In this document: positions 53,166 through 63,834 of the stretch, in pieces
Position numbering within the stretch: position 1 is the first letter of the stretch
Layout of the letters: every line of letters begins with the position of its first letter
Source of the DNA: an uncultured Spirochaetota bacterium
Lineage (GTDB): Bacteria > Spirochaetota > B62-G9 > CAZFGQ01
Length of the DNA stretch: 64,000 nt
Reading direction: 5' to 3'
NCBI GenBank assembly: GCA_964518675.1
Contig: CAZFGQ010000004.1
Location: 3,631-67,630 of the forward strand
Program-made: the position numbers and the translations under genes
Notes under the pieces: model-generated
Told to the model about the DNA's origin: nothing
Databases searched by the model: none
The model's input: only the letters and a program-made list of their open reading frames with translations

Positions 53166-54406
53166 TACCCTTTAAGCCTCCTGATTTCTTTATCGACCCT
53201 TGTAACTCTGCTTTCAAATTCTCCATCTGCCAGTAGTGTTAACACTAAATCACCGGGGGAAATGAATCTTATGCTCTTTATGGGGGTTTTTTTGGGTGGT
53301 TTTGTGACAATTGAGTATCCTCTTGCAAGGGTTGAAAGTGGACTGAGAGATTCGAGCTTTGCTACCCCCTGTTTAAATCTATTTTTATAATTGTTTATGA
53401 TATTTTCAAAAGAGTTATCAAGAGCCTTGGAGATATCATCGAATATCATTGTTTTGTTGACAATAATGTTTTTAATTCGCCTTTCAAGGATTTCTTCTGA
53501 ATAATGGGACAGAGTATCCTTTTTTTGATTTACAATTGATGTCATTCGGTTCAGCATTCTTTGAACGAGGTCTTTAAAGTGTGTTGCAAGTTCGCTTTTA
53601 TTTTTGACAACGAGTTCTGCAGCAGCCGATGGAGTGGGTGCACGAAGGTCAGCCACAAGGTCACTTATTGTTGTGTCAATTTCATGTCCAACGGCGCTTA
53701 TAATTGGTATTTCTGAAGAGTATATTGCTCTTGCCACTTTTTCTTCGTTAAAGGCCCATAAATCTTCTATGGATCCTCCACCTCTGGCGAGAATAAGTAC
53801 ATCCACCTCTTTTCTCTCATTTGCCGTATTAATAGCCGAGACTATTTCCTCTGCAGCTCCTTCTCCCTGAACCAGGGTCGGGTAAATAATAATGTGTACT
53901 CCACGATATCTTCTATTAATCACATTCAGTATGTCCCTTATTGCAGCTCCTGTGGGAGATGTTATTACACCTATTTTTTCAGGGAATGGAGGAATTGGCA
54001 TTTTGTGTTCAGGTGAAAATAAGCCTTCCTTTTCAAGTTTTTCTTTTAGTTGCTGGAAAGCGATCTGAAGGGCGCCTATGCCTTCCGGTTCAATATAGTC
54101 TACAATAACCTGATACTCACCTCTCTTTTCGTATATGTCGAGCTCACCATGTACGATTACCTTCATTCCATCTTCCAGGTCGAATTTTATCTCATTGTGA
54201 AATTTCTTGAAAAAAACTGCCTTTATTACTGAGTATTCATCTTTCAGGGTAAAATATATGTGTCCGGAATGAGCTGTTCTGCAGTTTGAAAGCTCGCCCC
54301 TTATCCAAATGTCGTAAAAGTTGTCTACTATAAGGAGCTTAATTTCCTTTGTTATTTCAGAAACGGTGTATATTTTTTTCTTGCTGAGAAGTGATTCAAG
54401 ATCCAT
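53165..54406 (-). CDS. xseA: Exodeoxyribonuclease VII large subunit
   Basis: 413 aa. N-terminal OB fold (YTVSEITKEIKLLIVDNFYDIWIRGELSNCRTAHSGHIYFTLKD) and an ExoVII catalytic region (GVITSPTGAAIRDIL...ILARGGGSIEDLWAFNEE). Confidence 0.9.
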   Translation of the reverse strand: MDLESLLSKKKIYTVSEITKEIKLLIVDNFYDIWIRGELSNCRTAHSGHIYFTLKDEYSVIKAVFFKKFHNEIKFDLEDGMKVIVHGELDIYEKRGEYQVIVDYIEPEGIGALQIAFQQLKEKLEKEGLFSPEHKMPIPPFPEKIGVITSPTGAAIRDILNVINRRYRGVHIIIYPTLVQGEGAAEEIVSAINTANERKEVDVLILARGGGSIEDLWAFNEEKVARAIYSSEIPIISAVGHEIDTTISDLVADLRAPTPSAAAELVVKNKSELATHFKDLVQRMLNRMTSIVNQKKDTLSHYSEEILERRIKNIIVNKTMIFDDISKALDNSFENIINNYKNRFKQGVAKLESLSPLSTLARGYSIVTKPPKKTPIKSIRFISPGDLVLTLLADGEFESRVTRVDKEIRRLKG

Positions 54407-54485
54407 ATCTAAAGAGTAAATAATAAGCTCTCTCTGGTCAATTATTAAGTTTGACGCAGTAGATTTTTTGGATTAGTATAAGCAC

Positions 54486-56018
54486 ATGAAAAATTGCTGT
54501 ATTGTTAATCTGCTGCTTCCGGGAGAATGGTGGGTTCGAGAAATCTCGGGAGTAAGCCCGGTAAAAGTTATTCTGGAAAAGAGCAAGAAATTATTCAGGG
54601 CTGATGAAATACTGTGCCTTATTGATGATAAAATACCGGATGATTTGCTTTCCATTGTGCGTTCTTGCATTTCGGGAGAAAATATTGTCTCTGTCGAGAA
54701 TAGAAAATTTTCGACAGTGATCAAAAAACTGTTCAATGAATTGAGTAAGGTTAAAAATTGTGAAAATCTTGTATTTGTCCATGGAGATTCCCCTCTTATA
54801 GACCTGGACCTTATTTCTCGAATGCTTGCAATACATAGTGATCAACTTGCCGAATACACCCATGGCGAGGGATATCCAGCCGGGTTCCTTCCGGAAATCC
54901 TCAGGATAGAGATTATTCCGAGATTATTAAAACTTTCTGAGAGCTTTGATCCGGATTTTGACAGATCAGCTATTTTTAAGGTTATTTCAAAGGAGGTAAA
55001 TTCGTTTGATATAGAGACCCTTTTTGCTGATGAGGATCTAAAACTTAGAAGAATTGAGGCTATAACATCCAGCTGGAGAGAACGTTTGATTGTGGAAAAT
55101 GTTATTAGATCTACGGGGAAGAAGGAGCTTGATATCTCTTATAAAGAGTTTTGTGAGCTCATCAGGAGAGAACCTTTGATTTTAAGACCCACTCCCACGT
55201 ACTGTCAGGTAGAGATTACGAGTCTTCGAAATGATGAATGTATATATTACCCCATTGAATTTATGGAGAGACGACCGGGCCAGATGAAACTTGACGATTA
55301 TCTTAGAATTCTTGATAAGCTTGTCACGATAAATCCAGAGATGTATATAGAGATATCCTATCTCGGTGAGCCGTTACTGCATCCAAACTTTCAGACAATT
55401 ATTAAGAAAACTCTCGAAAATCCTTGGGTGAAGTTGATTGTTCTTACAAATGGCCTGCTCTGGACTCCGGGGATGTCTGAGGATATTGTTAAAAATTATG
55501 GTGAGAATGATAGATTGTTTATAATATTTGAACTTGATGCTGTAGAAGAGAAAACCTATGCAAAAATAAGGCGGGGAGACCTCTTTAAGGTTGAAAGGAA
55601 CATCAGGTATCTTCATTCTCTTGGTTTTAAGAATCTCTTTGTTCAGTTTACAAGAATTGATCTAAATGAGGATGAGATGATCAGGTTTTACCAGAGCTGG
55701 GAAAAGGAGGGCGTAAAGCCTGTAATTCAGAAGTTTAACAGTTTTTCGGGATTATTACCGGGGTTCTCGGATTATGATATTACCCCACTTGAGCGCTGGC
55801 CATGTTATCACCTGGAAAGGGAGATGGTTATCTTTTACAATGGAGATGTCCCGAAATGCAAACAGGACATCAATTTGCGGTATCCTCTGGGAAATCTTAT
55901 TACCGACTCTGTTGCAGATGTATGGAAAAATGGGAATAAATATTATCTTGAACATGTAGCAGAAAAGTACGATGATCTGTGTTCTGAGTGTGACGAGTAC
56001 TTTACCTTTAATTTTTAG
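54486..56018 (+). CDS. Fusion protein: N-terminal nucleotidyltransferase-like region plus C-terminal radical-SAM-like/SPASM-like domain with a degenerate Cys motif
   Basis: N-terminal region has LVFVHGDSPLIDLDLISRM (DxP-type NTP-transferase motif) but no glycine-rich loop. C-terminal region has GEPLL (ISYLGEPLLHP) and TNG (LIVLTNGLLW) radical-SAM motifs. The cluster loop reads PTPTYCQVEITSLRNDECIYY, only two Cys instead of CxxxCxxC. Cys-rich tail: CYHLE...PKCKQD...CSECDEY. Confidence 0.6.
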   Translation: MKNCCIVNLLLPGEWWVREISGVSPVKVILEKSKKLFRADEILCLIDDKIPDDLLSIVRSCISGENIVSVENRKFSTVIKKLFNELSKVKNCENLVFVHGDSPLIDLDLISRMLAIHSDQLAEYTHGEGYPAGFLPEILRIEIIPRLLKLSESFDPDFDRSAIFKVISKEVNSFDIETLFADEDLKLRRIEAITSSWRERLIVENVIRSTGKKELDISYKEFCELIRREPLILRPTPTYCQVEITSLRNDECIYYPIEFMERRPGQMKLDDYLRILDKLVTINPEMYIEISYLGEPLLHPNFQTIIKKTLENPWVKLIVLTNGLLWTPGMSEDIVKNYGENDRLFIIFELDAVEEKTYAKIRRGDLFKVERNIRYLHSLGFKNLFVQFTRIDLNEDEMIRFYQSWEKEGVKPVIQKFNSFSGLLPGFSDYDITPLERWPCYHLEREMVIFYNGDVPKCKQDINLRYPLGNLITDSVADVWKNGNKYYLEHVAEKYDDLCSECDEYFTFNF

Positions 56019-56178
56019 AGCTTCCGATGTAGGTTGCTGTGCCCTTTATTTGTCCCGGTACAATCTGACGGTGTGAAGTCATCGGTTATTGGTAATAAGA
56101 TGTTTTTTGTAATATGATTTGGGTCTATCTTATTATGGTTTCAGGAGCTGTGTTTAAAATAATAATTTTTAAAATATT

Positions 56179-56868
56179 GTGATGGGCAGATCTATAGTTA
56201 TTCTACAGGCAAGATTAGCCTCTAAAAGACTACCTCTAAAATTGTTACTTCCACTAAGTGGTTATTCCATTCTGGAACATATCATTATGAGGATTAAAAA
56301 GGCAAGTAGGCCGGATGGATTCGTGATTGCGACGACTGAAGATACTGCAAAGGCCATAAGGCACATTGCGGACTTCTATGATGTCAGAATTATTACAGGT
56401 GATGAAAAAGATGTTCTTGGGCGTTTTGTCAAGGCTGCAATCGATGCACAGGCAGAGCATATTGTGAGAACAACAGGTGATAATCCTCTGGTTTCAATAA
56501 AATATATAGATAGAACCCTTGAACTTCACCTTGAATCCGGTGCCGATCTCACTACCTATCCCCTCCTTCCTCTGGGCACAGGAGTTGAGGTTATAAAAAG
56601 AGAAGCACTTATAAAGGCACACAGGGAGGCTGAGGAGGATTTTGAAAGAGAGCATATTACTCAGTACATCTACAGGAATGAGAATGATTTTAAAATAATA
56701 AGGGGGGTTCCGGATTCTCCCTATCTTTTTCCTGAACTTAGGCTTACCGTTGATAATGAGATGGACTATCGATTTTTAAAGCATATCTACTCCAATCTTT
56801 TTAAAGGTAGTGTGCTGAATCTTAAAGAGGTTATCTCATTTGTTCTTAAAACCGAGAATTATTCATAA
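56179..56868 (+). CDS. Acylneuraminate/CMP-sugar cytidylyltransferase family protein (SpsF/PseF-like)
   Basis: SIVILQARLASKRLPLKLLLPLSGYSILEHIIMRI (N-terminal nucleotide loop) and VRTTGDNPLV (DxP motif), as in SpsF/NeuA/PseF-type enzymes. Confidence 0.8.
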   Translation: MMGRSIVILQARLASKRLPLKLLLPLSGYSILEHIIMRIKKASRPDGFVIATTEDTAKAIRHIADFYDVRIITGDEKDVLGRFVKAAIDAQAEHIVRTTGDNPLVSIKYIDRTLELHLESGADLTTYPLLPLGTGVEVIKREALIKAHREAEEDFEREHITQYIYRNENDFKIIRGVPDSPYLFPELRLTVDNEMDYRFLKHIYSNLFKGSVLNLKEVISFVLKTENYS

Positions 56869-56965
56869 GGGATATGGTATTTTCTCCGGACATGTCAGAT
56901 TAATTGAAGAGTTACTTTTGCTCTATTTAAAGAGTATTTTATTGGTAAAGATTTTCGGATGGTAA

Positions 56966-58750
56966 GTGTTTGATATGAATAAACTCAATGTTCTTTTTTA
57001 TACAGTTTGCGGCGGAAAGTTTGGAATGGGGCATTTTATCAGATGTCTGGCTCTTGCCCTCAAAGGAAATAATTTTATTGAAGGCTTCTTTTATCTTAGG
57101 AAATCAGGTGGTTCTCGGAAAAAACTTGCCGGGGGAAGGATTCCGCTTCCGAATAACTCAAGATATATTAATGAAATTGATGATTTGGAAGATGTTAATC
57201 TGGTGGTTTCAGATGTAAGGAATACATCCCCAAAGGAGATGAGAAAACTGACGAAAATTGCTCCTGTTATTTCGTTTGATGACTGGGGAGCTGGCATGGA
57301 CTATGCTCATGTTACCATTTATCCTCTTCCTACACTCCGTGAGATAAGCGGAAATCTTTTTGGACTGGAATACCTGATTCTTAACCCTGCGGTTACAGCT
57401 ACTAGTCCTTTATCAATTAAGGATAAGAAAGGTGTGCTTGTATGTTTTGGCGGTTCAGATCCATATAATCTGAGCCCAGTTGTAGCCAGGGCCCTCAATC
57501 AAATTGGTATAAGGCCTTTAGTCGTTGCTGGACCTTTTTCTGAGATTAACAAGGATGAGTTCGATGGTCAGCTTGTAAGAGATTTTTCAATTCTGCCTGA
57601 GTTGTTGAACAAGTCCAGGTTAGTAATTACCAGCTTTGGAATAACTTTATTTGAAGCTATGTACCTTCAGACTCCAGTTATATTGTTCAACAACACTGCA
57701 TATCATAACAAACTTGCAGAAAAGTTTGATGTTATTAGCCTTGGTTATAGAAACAGAAAAATCATTCCAAAATTACCAAAATTACTTGAGAGAACCATTG
57801 GGGGCGAAGATGTTCTTATTGAAAGAGCGGAGATGAACAAAAAACTCATTGACGGGAAAGCTGCTGAGAGAATACTGGAGCTGATGAAGAAAACGGCGTT
57901 TAGCGGAAGGAGAAGGTGTCTTTTTAACCATCAGAAATACTATTCGGTAAAAAGAGGAACGAAGAATACATTATTTAGATGTCGGAAATGTGGGGATCTT
58001 TTTAATTTTTTGTTTGATTCAGAGGGAGATAATTATGACTCTCCTTCCTACTTTCTTTCAAATTACAGAGCACAGTATGGAAAGACGTACATCGCCGATA
58101 GAGAAAACATAGAGAGGATGGCTGGGTTGAGACTTGAAAGGATAGAAAATATTTTGGGCAGACATGGAAAATTGCTGGATGTCGGCAGTGCCCTTGGTTT
58201 CCTTGTGAAAGTTGCGAGAGATAGAGGATGGGATGCTGAAGGAGTTGAAATTTCAGCCTATGCAGTTGAGTGGTCAAGGCGGAGACTTGGAATTAATGTC
58301 CACAGAGGCTCTTTTTTCGATGTGGAGCTGGATAAAGATGGTTACGATGTTATAACATTTTTTTATGTTCTTGAACATTTTAAGGAACTTGATAGGGTAA
58401 TTGAAAAAGTAAAGAGTGTTCTGAAAAGTGGTGGAATTTTAGCTATAGCAATGCCCAACCGTGGCGGTATAAGCTTCAGGTTTAATCGCAGGGATTATCT
58501 CAGGGATCATCCAAATGATCATTATATTGATACTACACACCGTAATCTGAGAAAATACCTGAGGAATTATGGATTTGGAAAGTTCTATACTATCTCTACT
58601 GGAATCCATCCTGAGAGATTTTTTTCTATTTTGAGATTGAATAAGCTGGGATTGAATGAAAAAAGAGAACTGTTGTACCGAATATATTGTACAGCAGCGA
58701 AGAAATTAAATCTTGGGGATACATTTGAGCTCTATGCAGTTAAAAATTAA
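56966..58750 (+). CDS. Fusion of a PseG/SpsG-like UDP-sugar hydrolase domain with a class-I SAM-dependent methyltransferase domain
   Basis: N-terminal ~310 aa: NVLFYTVCGGKFGMGHFIRCLALA... (PseG-like G-x-GH-x-x-R) and a GT-B C-lobe. Linker has a CRKCGDLF zinc-ribbon-like element. C-terminal ~220 aa: LLDVGSALGFLV...DVITFFYVLEHF...GGILAIAMPN (Rossmann methyltransferase motifs I-III). Confidence 0.7.
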   Translation: MFDMNKLNVLFYTVCGGKFGMGHFIRCLALALKGNNFIEGFFYLRKSGGSRKKLAGGRIPLPNNSRYINEIDDLEDVNLVVSDVRNTSPKEMRKLTKIAPVISFDDWGAGMDYAHVTIYPLPTLREISGNLFGLEYLILNPAVTATSPLSIKDKKGVLVCFGGSDPYNLSPVVARALNQIGIRPLVVAGPFSEINKDEFDGQLVRDFSILPELLNKSRLVITSFGITLFEAMYLQTPVILFNNTAYHNKLAEKFDVISLGYRNRKIIPKLPKLLERTIGGEDVLIERAEMNKKLIDGKAAERILELMKKTAFSGRRRCLFNHQKYYSVKRGTKNTLFRCRKCGDLFNFLFDSEGDNYDSPSYFLSNYRAQYGKTYIADRENIERMAGLRLERIENILGRHGKLLDVGSALGFLVKVARDRGWDAEGVEISAYAVEWSRRRLGINVHRGSFFDVELDKDGYDVITFFYVLEHFKELDRVIEKVKSVLKSGGILAIAMPNRGGISFRFNRRDYLRDHPNDHYIDTTHRNLRKYLRNYGFGKFYTISTGIHPERFFSILRLNKLGLNEKRELLYRIYCTAAKKLNLGDTFELYAVKN

Positions 58751-59927
58751 AGTTCTTATTAAAATACTTCTAATAATAGCAGTACTTATTACAGGATATT
58801 TGTCGTCTGTCCAGGATGCTTTTTCTGCTGGGACACCTTCAGAAACAGGTGCAGCTAAAACCGGGTATGTGAATATTATCCAGGTTATTGATTATTTTAA
58901 TCTTGATTATGAATTTGATGAATTGGCAGGTGTTTTAGTTTTAAAGAAAGGTACTCAGACTTTAATCCTTCATGCTGGTAGCAAAGCATATTATTACGGT
59001 GACAGAACCTACTTTTCCAGCTTACCTGTACGTATTGAAACTGGCAGGATCTTTGTGAGCAGTGAAATTGTTGATTTCATTATTAAAAGGTTTGTTAGGA
59101 AGAGAGTAAAATGGGAGGTTGTAAATGGCAATTTTGTTGTTAGTGGAAGGACTCTGAGAGAAAAAGAAGTGGTGTCAGGGAGAAAGGGTACAGAATTAAC
59201 CACTCCCAGAAGGAGAATAGATATAATAATTATTGATCCAGGCCATGGAGGTAAAGATCCGGGTGGTATTGGCTATGGCGGAATCAAAGAAAAAGACATT
59301 GTTCTCGATATTTCCAAGTTATTGCAGAAAGAGCTGAGGAGGAGCTCCAATAAAAAGGTAATAATGACAAGAAAAGAGGATGTTTTTGTTTCACTTGAAG
59401 AAAGAAGCAAAATTGCCAATGGTAATAACAATGGGGGAAATAGTATTTTTGTCAGTATTCATGCAAATGTGGCTTTGGACAAGTCATCTAAAGGATTTGA
59501 GAGCTACTATTTATCTCTCCATCCGTTTGGAGAAAATGCAAGGGATGTTTCAGAGATTGAAAATGCTGTTATTACATATGAGGAGAAACCGTATGCTGAT
59601 TATCTCAAGGAAGTTTTGAATCGAGTTGTGGATGTTGAATATAGAAAAGAGAGCATGAAGCTGGCCAGCTATATAAATCAGGGTATTGCTCAGATGGTAA
59701 ACCAGGCAATGCCAAATAGGGGTGTGAAAGGTGCATTCTTTTATGTTTTGAAAGAATCCAAAATGGTAGCTGTACTGGTTGAAATTGGGTTTATAACAAA
59801 TAAAAAGGAGGCAGAATTGCTTAAAAGCAAGGAGTATCAAACAAAGCTTGCAAAGGGAATAGCTTCTGGTATAATAAGTTTTATAGTTGAATTTGAAAGA
59901 ACAAATGGTTTTACCGAAGGGTATTAA
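58713..59927 (+). CDS. N-acetylmuramoyl-L-alanine amidase (Amidase_3, AmiC-like) with an N-terminal AMIN-like domain
   Basis: Signal/TM. Amidase_3 catalytic region IIIDPGHGGKDPGGIG...VSIHANV...GFESYY...RGVKGAFFYVLKESKMVAVLVEIGFITNKKE. Likely true start at the ATG at 58734. Confidence 0.85.
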   Translation: MGIHLSSMQLKIKVLIKILLIIAVLITGYLSSVQDAFSAGTPSETGAAKTGYVNIIQVIDYFNLDYEFDELAGVLVLKKGTQTLILHAGSKAYYYGDRTYFSSLPVRIETGRIFVSSEIVDFIIKRFVRKRVKWEVVNGNFVVSGRTLREKEVVSGRKGTELTTPRRRIDIIIIDPGHGGKDPGGIGYGGIKEKDIVLDISKLLQKELRRSSNKKVIMTRKEDVFVSLEERSKIANGNNNGGNSIFVSIHANVALDKSSKGFESYYLSLHPFGENARDVSEIENAVITYEEKPYADYLKEVLNRVVDVEYRKESMKLASYINQGIAQMVNQAMPNRGVKGAFFYVLKESKMVAVLVEIGFITNKKEAELLKSKEYQTKLAKGIASGIISFIVEFERTNGFTEGY

Positions 59928-59928
59928 T

Positions 59929-60420
59929 ATGAAATATCGTAGTGCTACGTCTGGATTTAATGCAAAATTATATGTTTTCATGATTTTTTCATTTGTTATT
60001 ACTCTGATATTTCTTATATATATCGAAAATAAAAAATATGTTCGAATTAATATTTATCTTCCCCATATTAACTCAGCAGAGTTATCAAAAGAGGTCCGTT
60101 TTATTCCTAAAAGTGGTTCGAGAATTGAGAAGATCAGATGGATAATGGGCGAACTTATCTCGGGACCTCTCAATTCTGAACATCTCAGGGTCTTTAATCC
60201 TGATACCAAAATAAGGGATATATTTATTGAAAAGGGAGTTATGTACATAAATTTTGACTGGATGATAGTTGAGGCCTTTCATAAGAATTATTCCCAGGTA
60301 GTCAGCTCAATAAAGAAAACAATAGCCGATAATTTTTCTGGAATAAGAGAGGTGAGGCTTCTTATTGATGGGGTTGAACCCATTCTGTACAAAGGACCTA
60401 TTGTATTGAAGCTCAGGTGA
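59929..60420 (+). CDS. GerMN-domain protein downstream of the amidase
   Basis: Start ATG overlaps the amidase stop (TAATATG). N-terminal TM (LYVFMIFSFVITLIFLIYI). GerMN-like region (EVRFIPKSGSRIEKIRWIMGELISGP...IREVRLLIDGVEPI). The track ORF starts 42 nt earlier at 59887. Confidence 0.65.
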   Translation: MKYRSATSGFNAKLYVFMIFSFVITLIFLIYIENKKYVRINIYLPHINSAELSKEVRFIPKSGSRIEKIRWIMGELISGPLNSEHLRVFNPDTKIRDIFIEKGVMYINFDWMIVEAFHKNYSQVVSSIKKTIADNFSGIREVRLLIDGVEPILYKGPIVLKLR

Positions 60421-60822
60421 TTTGTCACCAAGGAGCTTTATAATTTTACCAAGGATATATTAGTATAGATAGGCCGCAGGTTATTTCTCTCCTATTTTTT
60501 TAATAAGGCGAACTTCGAGTTTTCAATTTGAAATGTGAATTATTGGATACAAATTGATACAGGATGGAGAAATCAATAAATATTTTTTAAGTTGTTCGTA
60601 ATTCGCCGGCACTGCAACATTTTTAATTCTATTATGCATTCAGATTTCTATATTTCAGAAATTTCCACATTCATTTTAATATTTATTAAAGATACGCTAA
60701 TGGATTTCCGATAAGAAAAGAGAACCATATTTATAATCTCAGCCCTGAAAATTTTTTTGACAGGGCTAGATTAATGAATATACTTATAATTAATAAAGAT
60801 TTGAGCGAAAGGAGCCTGAACA

Positions 60823-61767
60823 ATGAAAAAGGTCTTATTAGTGATTGTTTCTCTAATAATTCTACCTCTATCAGGGGTTGTATTTGCGCAGGAACAAAAG
60901 ATCCAGGGAGGACCACAGGTTTTAATTGATTTTTCAAATCTTAGCGATACTGAGATTGACTTTTCTAAATTTCCGGGTGGTATCGCCGAGGGAATAACCG
61001 AATTGAAGGTGGATCTCAGTATTGAAAACTGGATGGTTAAACTCGCCCCCTCTTCTGCATCCATAAAAAATAGGGTCCTTTCATACTGTAAACCGGTTAA
61101 GAGCAGAAAGATGAATGCTGATGTACTCGGAGTAAGGGTACATTTTCCGACAGCACCATTTAATTCCTGGGCAAAGATTCTGCCTCCGTTTGAAATCCCA
61201 TTTTATGAGGACAAAGAAGGGGAGGAAGGTCAGGGAACAAAGTTCATCAATAAAGGTGTTCTGAGAAATGTGGGTACGATCAAATCCATCTCTGTAAGGG
61301 TAACCGGAAGAAACTTTCCACATGGGCTTTCCATCTCTCTAAAGGATTCGAGAGATACTGTCAGGGAGATGTTCCTCGGTTATCTTGATTTTGATGGTTG
61401 GAGAACCCTTACATGGAAGAATCCTAATTACATCTCTGATGTGAAGCAGAGAGATCTCCGGAAGATCCCTCTCTATCCACAATTAGAGCCATCAGTTAAG
61501 TTTGATTCATTCACGATTTACAGGCATGGCAGCCAGATAGGTGGAGATTTTGTGACATACATAAAGGATGTTCAGATGGTTTATGACCTTGCCATCCTCG
61601 AAACGGAAAGAGATATTGATGATGAGGCTGTATGGGGAATATTAAAGGCCAGAAAGGAAGCCAAGAGAGCGGCTGAGATCAGAAGGCTGGGTATGTTACA
61701 GTTACTGAGACAGCAGGAACTCATTAAGATGCAGCATGCAGTAACAGAGGCGCCTCCAGCTCAGTAA
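60823..61767 (+). CDS. flaA: Flagellar filament outer-layer (sheath) protein FlaA homologue
   Basis: Signal peptide (LSGVVFAQEQ). From memory the sequence aligns along its length with spirochaete FlaA: VLGVRVHFPTAPFNSWAKILPPFEIPFYE; GVLRNVGTIKSISVRVTGRNFPHGLSISLKD; FLGYLDFDGWRTLTWKNPNYISDVKQRDLR; GGDFVTYIKDVQMVYD. Confidence 0.7.
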   Translation: MKKVLLVIVSLIILPLSGVVFAQEQKIQGGPQVLIDFSNLSDTEIDFSKFPGGIAEGITELKVDLSIENWMVKLAPSSASIKNRVLSYCKPVKSRKMNADVLGVRVHFPTAPFNSWAKILPPFEIPFYEDKEGEEGQGTKFINKGVLRNVGTIKSISVRVTGRNFPHGLSISLKDSRDTVREMFLGYLDFDGWRTLTWKNPNYISDVKQRDLRKIPLYPQLEPSVKFDSFTIYRHGSQIGGDFVTYIKDVQMVYDLAILETERDIDDEAVWGILKARKEAKRAAEIRRLGMLQLLRQQELIKMQHAVTEAPPAQ

Positions 61768-61915
61768 TATAAAGTATCGTGATAGGGAAAAACCCCTTCA
61801 TCGGAGTTAGAGAGTGTACGATTCTCTTCCCGATGGAGGGGTTTTTATTAGGAATTATAAAAAATTATTTACGATACGATTCAAAATTGTTAAATTAGTC
61901 GCAGAAATTAATGGT

Positions 61916-61988
<73 letters not shown>

Positions 61989-61997
61989 AAATTATCT

Positions 61998-62070
61998 GCC
62001 ACCCTAGCTCAGCCGGTAGAGCAACGCATTCGTAATGCGTGGGTTATCGGTTCGACTCCGATGGGTGGCT
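61998..62070 (+). tRNA. tRNA-Thr (anticodon CGU)
   Basis: Acceptor GCCACCC/GGGTGGC, anticodon stem ACGCA/TGCGT with loop TTCGTAA, T-arm ATCGG-TTCGACT-CCGAT. Lies 9 nt after tRNA-Phe. Confidence 0.85.
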
Positions 62071-62196
62071 ATTTTATTAAATTTTATCCACAATTACTCT
62101 GCTCTGTTTATCTTCTTGCTTCTCAACACATACAGCTAATTAACTTGATTTTGGAAAAAAATATAATTATCTTTGGAACGAAAAAAATCCTAGTGA

Positions 62197-63834
<1,638 letters not shown>

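Noticed and set aside
60749-60775. Stem-loop AGCCCTG-N13-CAGGGCT, considered as a terminator for the upstream GerMN gene
   Set aside because: The T-run is inside the loop, not 3' of the stem on either strand. It is 330 bp past the stop. More likely an operator-like element near the flaA promoter; kept only as a note.
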